Shown here piece after piece: positions 59,125-64,000 of a DNA stretch of 64,000 nucleotides. Position 1 is the first letter of the stretch; every line of letters begins with the position of its first letter. Both the position numbers and the translations under genes were made by a program. Below the pieces are notes generated by a model. The model was given only the letters and a program-made list of their open reading frames with translations, had not been told where the DNA came from and searched no databases. Source of the stretch: Podarcis pityusensis (taxonomy: Eukaryota); NCBI GenBank assembly GCA_964106645.2, contig OZ067046.1; one strand, given 5' to 3'.

Positions 59125-60904
59125 CTGGGGAGGAAAGAAAAAAGTTTTATTTCTCTCACCCAAATCCATCTATTCTATAGATTTTCTTATTGCACTAGCT
59201 GCGGTCAGTAATTTAACTAAACTTGCATTGGGTTAAACCGGGGACAGAAATCTGCACGTAAGCCACAACCCAAATAACCTTGGGTGTGCTAACTGATTAA
59301 GAAATCAAATTATTTATTGATTTCTTAGCTGCACTTCACCATAAAGTCCCAGGGCACAATAAGTGCATCAGTTTGAAGGGTTGTTGTTGTTTTCAAAAAG
59401 CAGGTCAATATACTTTAAAAATTTCCAAAGACTGGGAAACCTGGTTTATTGGAATTTCTGATTACAAGGACAGTCTCTAAGAACATTCACTCAATGTCAT
59501 TTTAAAAACTCTTCAGAACTTTTCAGATATTTGCATGATTATCACAGAGAAGCCAGTTCACCTGAGGACAGTGGGGGAAGGGTTTGCCTGCATGCTCTTG
59601 GCCTCAATTTAATCCATCACATGTTAGGGTGAATGCCTGTACATTTTACTTCAATACGTTTTCATATCTTGCTACTTCCTGCAAACTATGTCGTCTATTA
59701 ACTAACTTATGCTATTCAGCTGCTTAATCATGATTTTTTGGGGGTAAATATTATACTAAGGAATGATTTTTCAGAAACAAACAAGGGAAAAAGAATTGAA
59801 GTTAATAATGATACTAGTGTTTAAATCTTCAGCTGCCCATGTTTCCCAATATTCTGGCAAATGATTCATGTAAACTCTGCAATTTTGCTATTCAAGTACA
59901 GTGCATGATTAGCCTGTCATATATGGATACAGATACAAGACTTCTCAAAGTATATGCGCTTATCAGTAATTAAAACAATTCATTCTGCTGCACAACAAGG
60001 CATTTTGAAGCCTTCTCTATACAGAGGGGTAGGAGAGCTGGGGTATAAAAAAAAAAACCACACACCTGGAAACCTAGGAGGCTTAGTTTGGTCAGAATCA
60101 AGTATACATTTCCAGAGTTAATGCTAAATACATTACTTCTGGTAAATGAGCCACCGTAGCCACTAGAGAGCTGTGAAAATTTGTGTCCCGGGCTTTTTAG
60201 ACTTGTCTACCCATGTACTATCTGAAACCCAAGGGGCACATTGGTTGCCAGATGTGAAATATACTGGCATTATTTTCAGCTCTCGTACCCCACTACTAAA
60301 ATGCCTCTTCCTTAGGGTAGGACCACTTGAGACTGTCAACAAACTTGAACCTGGGAATGAAATGTTTCATGATTATATACTGATGTCAATTACATCAGAT
60401 GAGAGATGAGTTGCAGAGCTACCATTTTGTACCAGAAGAATAGACACCCCCCCCCCCAAATGCAGTAATTTCTTCAGCGGAAAATTTGAAGGTTAACAAT
60501 GTGTTGGTCTTAACTTTTTATCAATTTGAATAGTTAACAGAATTGTAAAGAAAAACATTTTTATGTTCTTCTTGACAACAGACTGCAGTTGAAGAGATGC
60601 CCATAGACAGATACTGTATTTGGTAAACTAGATTTTACATACATTAGAACACACTACTGTACTAATGTTTCACATCCCTGCTTACCAGTTTGCTGATTTG
60701 TTGTATTTGCATGCCAACTTTCCTCCAGATAGCCTGGAATGGCAGATATGGGGTCACCTCATTTTAGCCTCTGGTGTAGTTCAGGCAAACACTTTAGTGC
60801 CCAGAGTTCCTCAGTGATCTTCAGGACTGAATGAAAACATAGCCAGGTCTTCCTAATTGAACTGCAACATTCTTAATTGCATCAGACTTGATGATCCCTT
60901 AAGT

Positions 60905-61040
60905 CAGGCATGGCCAAACTTGGCCCTCCAGCTGTTTTGGGACTACAACTCCCATCATCCCTAGCTAACAGGACCAGTGGTCAGGGGTGATGGGAACTGT
61001 AGTCCCAAAACAGCTGGAGGGCCAGGTTTGGCCATGCCTG
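60905..61040. mobile_element. hAT-type MITE (136 bp)
   Basis: TIR CAGGCATGGCCAAAC / GTTTGGCCATGCCTG; 8-bp TSD CCTTAAGT / ACTTAAGT. Confidence 0.88.
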
Positions 61041-64000
61041 ACTTAAGTGATGTCAAAATGTACTACTGCTACAATTATCAACACATCGATACTACTGTGG
61101 CAACAATCACAGTTACCCAAGAGTTTTAAATGATTCCATTTAAATGGCTGGAATGTGACATCAAGTTAACACATATGTGAGAAAGAGAATTAAAGACCAC
61201 ATGTAGCTAAATCCATTGTAGCCACCAACAGATCAGAACAGTGTTGTCCAGTAGACATTGTGTTGTATTATAAGACAACTGTTCATTTATGGACTAATTT
61301 TGGGTGAAAAACCTAAGAGCACTTCACACCACTTTTTGTATCCTGCTTCACATACCCAAAGATCACTTCAAATCTGACCTCAAGACTTCCAACCACTTCA
61401 GCATATTTTCTCTGCCCTGGCATTCCTGTTAATATTTAATGTTTTAATCACTCAGTTATAATTTATCATTGCAAGCTACCTGAAGTAGCTCTATATTTTG
61501 CACTTCAGACTTTGAGTCATCTACACTCTGCTGATCACATATTTGTGGTATTTTACCCTGAGCTGCCATCTATCCCACTTATTACAAAGCTTAGGTTCCA
61601 GTCACCCTGGAGAGATATCTGTTTACGTCTATGCCAAACTCATCCCACGTACAACTTTTCAACCACTTTGGCAACCCCAGATTTGCCATACTTTATGAAT
61701 TACTATACCGTACTTCATTGTAACCTTCTGAATCACCCATATTACCTCTGATAAGGCGGGTACTTGGAGTGTACAGACAACTGTGGAAAGTGGCATTCCT
61801 TTAAGGTCAGGAGATTCTAAAACAACATCCCTTATCAGATATAACAAGGAAAAATTTCAAATTCCACTGAAGGTAAGATCAAGACAGTGACCCCATACAC
61901 TCTGAATCTAACAGATCCATCAAGTCCAAATCCTATCCTATTGCTCAAACTCAGAAGCACTATCTGTCTGAAATGCAGAGAACTCAAGGTAAAATTTAAG
62001 TTGCCTAGATTTCACTCTTAATATGCATGAAGTTTTAAACTGTAAAGCTCTCTTTTCTTTTCTTAATAATAATAATAGAGATCAGGTAGTATGAAGAAAA
62101 TGTTTCACCCTGCCAGCCCTTTGTCACTGGTGACACAACCATCAAGAAAAGGTGAAAATCAGGAGTAACACGGAAAACTGGATTTGTAGATAAAGATAAT
62201 ACTTATGGCTTGCTTGGACTCAGTTGCCGTATTTTCCAAAAAGATAAGTTGTGTCGTGTTGAAGCTGTATTACAGGGGCATGAAAGCTTTAAGTCACATA
62301 CAGTGTGGAGCTATAGAATCTCAGCTTCTTTTTATGAGTCATTTTTGCATTGCTCAAGCAATTTTAACTTCTAAATTACTGGTTTCTCTTAAGCACACTA
62401 TTCTCACCTTATTAAATTAAAGGGTTAATTTTAGCCTGAGGGAATTTACCCATACTGTGCTTTACTAATTACTAATCCCTTGATTAAAGTAAACACAATA
62501 AATGACATTTTCTATTTTACAACATTTAGTTTTAATTGTGCCACAAGAGCTATTGAATGGCTACAGCACTATAAGGGAATTGTGACAGGGTTCCTAACAC
62601 AGTGCCAGTTAGAAACTGGGACAGAAAAGCTAGGAGCCAAATGGCTTCTGGGACCTGGGTTGTGGGTGCCAAAACAGAATGTCTAGTCGCCACTGGGGGG
62701 CAGCGGTCAGGAACACTTTTTATTTATTATTTTAATAAGCATGAATTAATACACAATTCACATAACTGATACACTGTTAATATCACTTTTTAGCAGAAAT
62801 TATTAATACAAAATAAATTAGTGTTTACAATAAAAATATTGGTACCATACTTCAGGTTTCAACACACTCTACTCTTTATTGTTAAACTCCTTAACATATT
62901 GTATCCTAAACATATCCTTTGAGGCTTCAAAGCACATGCATTTCAGTAATCCTTGAGTGTCAGCCAGGTGCAAAAAATGGCACCCAGACTTTTTAAAGCG
63001 CTCGCAAATAGAGAATCTTTAGGCGCAAAATGCACCTTGCGCCCTGCTAATTTCAAACCCTGCCCTCAACCTACCAATGAACTGATCGTTATGACATCCC
63101 CTGCAAGCAGAAGCAACTAGACATGTTCAGGAATTTATTGTCGATAGAAAAAAATAGAGAAGGAACGTTTTATGTTAACAGAATTTGAACTGTTACCATT
63201 TACTCTGTGACAAAAAGTTCACCAAAACCTCTCCACCCCTCAAGGCTGCCAAGAAGTCACAGTGGTCTGAGACAATGAGGCAGGCTTGTCATCTTGATTG
63301 TGAGGCTTGGCAACACTTTAGTCTCCAGGATGCTAAACTGTGATAAACAAAAACAATGCATTTAGCTCACTCCTTCAACTGAACCTGCACCAATATTTGT
63401 ACGGCTTGCTTCACACTTTAGACTGCAATTGTTTTTGCTGCGGCTACCGTGACTGTTTGTGGCAGCTCATGCACAAAGTGTCAACAGAGACAGACTTGAA
63501 AATACCCATGCTGGAAGAGCCATAGATGCACCTCTGGTATGAAACGCTGTTTCTGATAGAATGCACATAACATACCAGTGGCAAGCACACTCCAGTATAA
63601 AGTGCAAAGTGGCCCCAAGTACCCTGTGTATTATACATTATTTAAAATGAATAACTTAGGTAGTACTATATTCTGAAGGATCTCAATGGATGATCCAAGC
63701 AAGCACCTTGAAGACCAACAACAAATACAGTACACATGGCAGCTCTTTGAATTTTCCTCATAGATGCAAGGGAGAAGTTGCCTGAGGCTTCCTCCTTGAC
63801 CTGGAGAACAAGACACCACATTTTAAGTCTCTGAGTGGAACAAGCCTCAAGGCAAGCAATACCCATTGTCTCAGCAGAACCTCTATTAAGAGATGTATGC
63901 TTTATCCCTGATCTATGCAAGAGATTCACTAGGCGGATCTGTGATTTAACCATAGATTAAAAGCATATGTTATCGGGAACAGCGAGACCATCCATAGCGT

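Overview
Vertebrate genomic DNA. The Sauria SINEs with (ACCTTT)n tails, CR1/L1/L2 remnants and Tc1-mariner and hAT MITEs point to a squamate, probably a lacertid lizard. The window covers the conserved PDCL2-CLOCK-TMEM165 block. (1) The last four coding exons of PDCL2 (+, 60-3387). (2) A complete CLOCK gene (+): CpG-island promoter at about 10.8-12.4 kb, non-coding 5' exons, 20 coding exons from 26306 to 45584 (about 892 aa if the 171-N gap over the polyQ tract is correctly sized), and a 3'UTR of about 5 kb. (3) Exons 2-6 of TMEM165 (-, 59124-53670), convergent with CLOCK; its exon 1 lies beyond the window. Exon phases were checked by hand and give open frames. The most interesting signals all concern CLOCK regulation: the exon-19 donor naturally has the +3 T that causes the mouse Clock-delta19 skipping mutation; an intronic RORE continues into four AGGnnA half-sites at exact DR2 spacing; an overlapping uORF straddles the start codon; the polyQ region appears expanded; and a MITE-derived 31-bp hairpin sits in the 3'UTR. 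No prokaryote-type system (CRISPR, operon) is present. Comparisons with human, mouse or chicken are from recall and need alignment.
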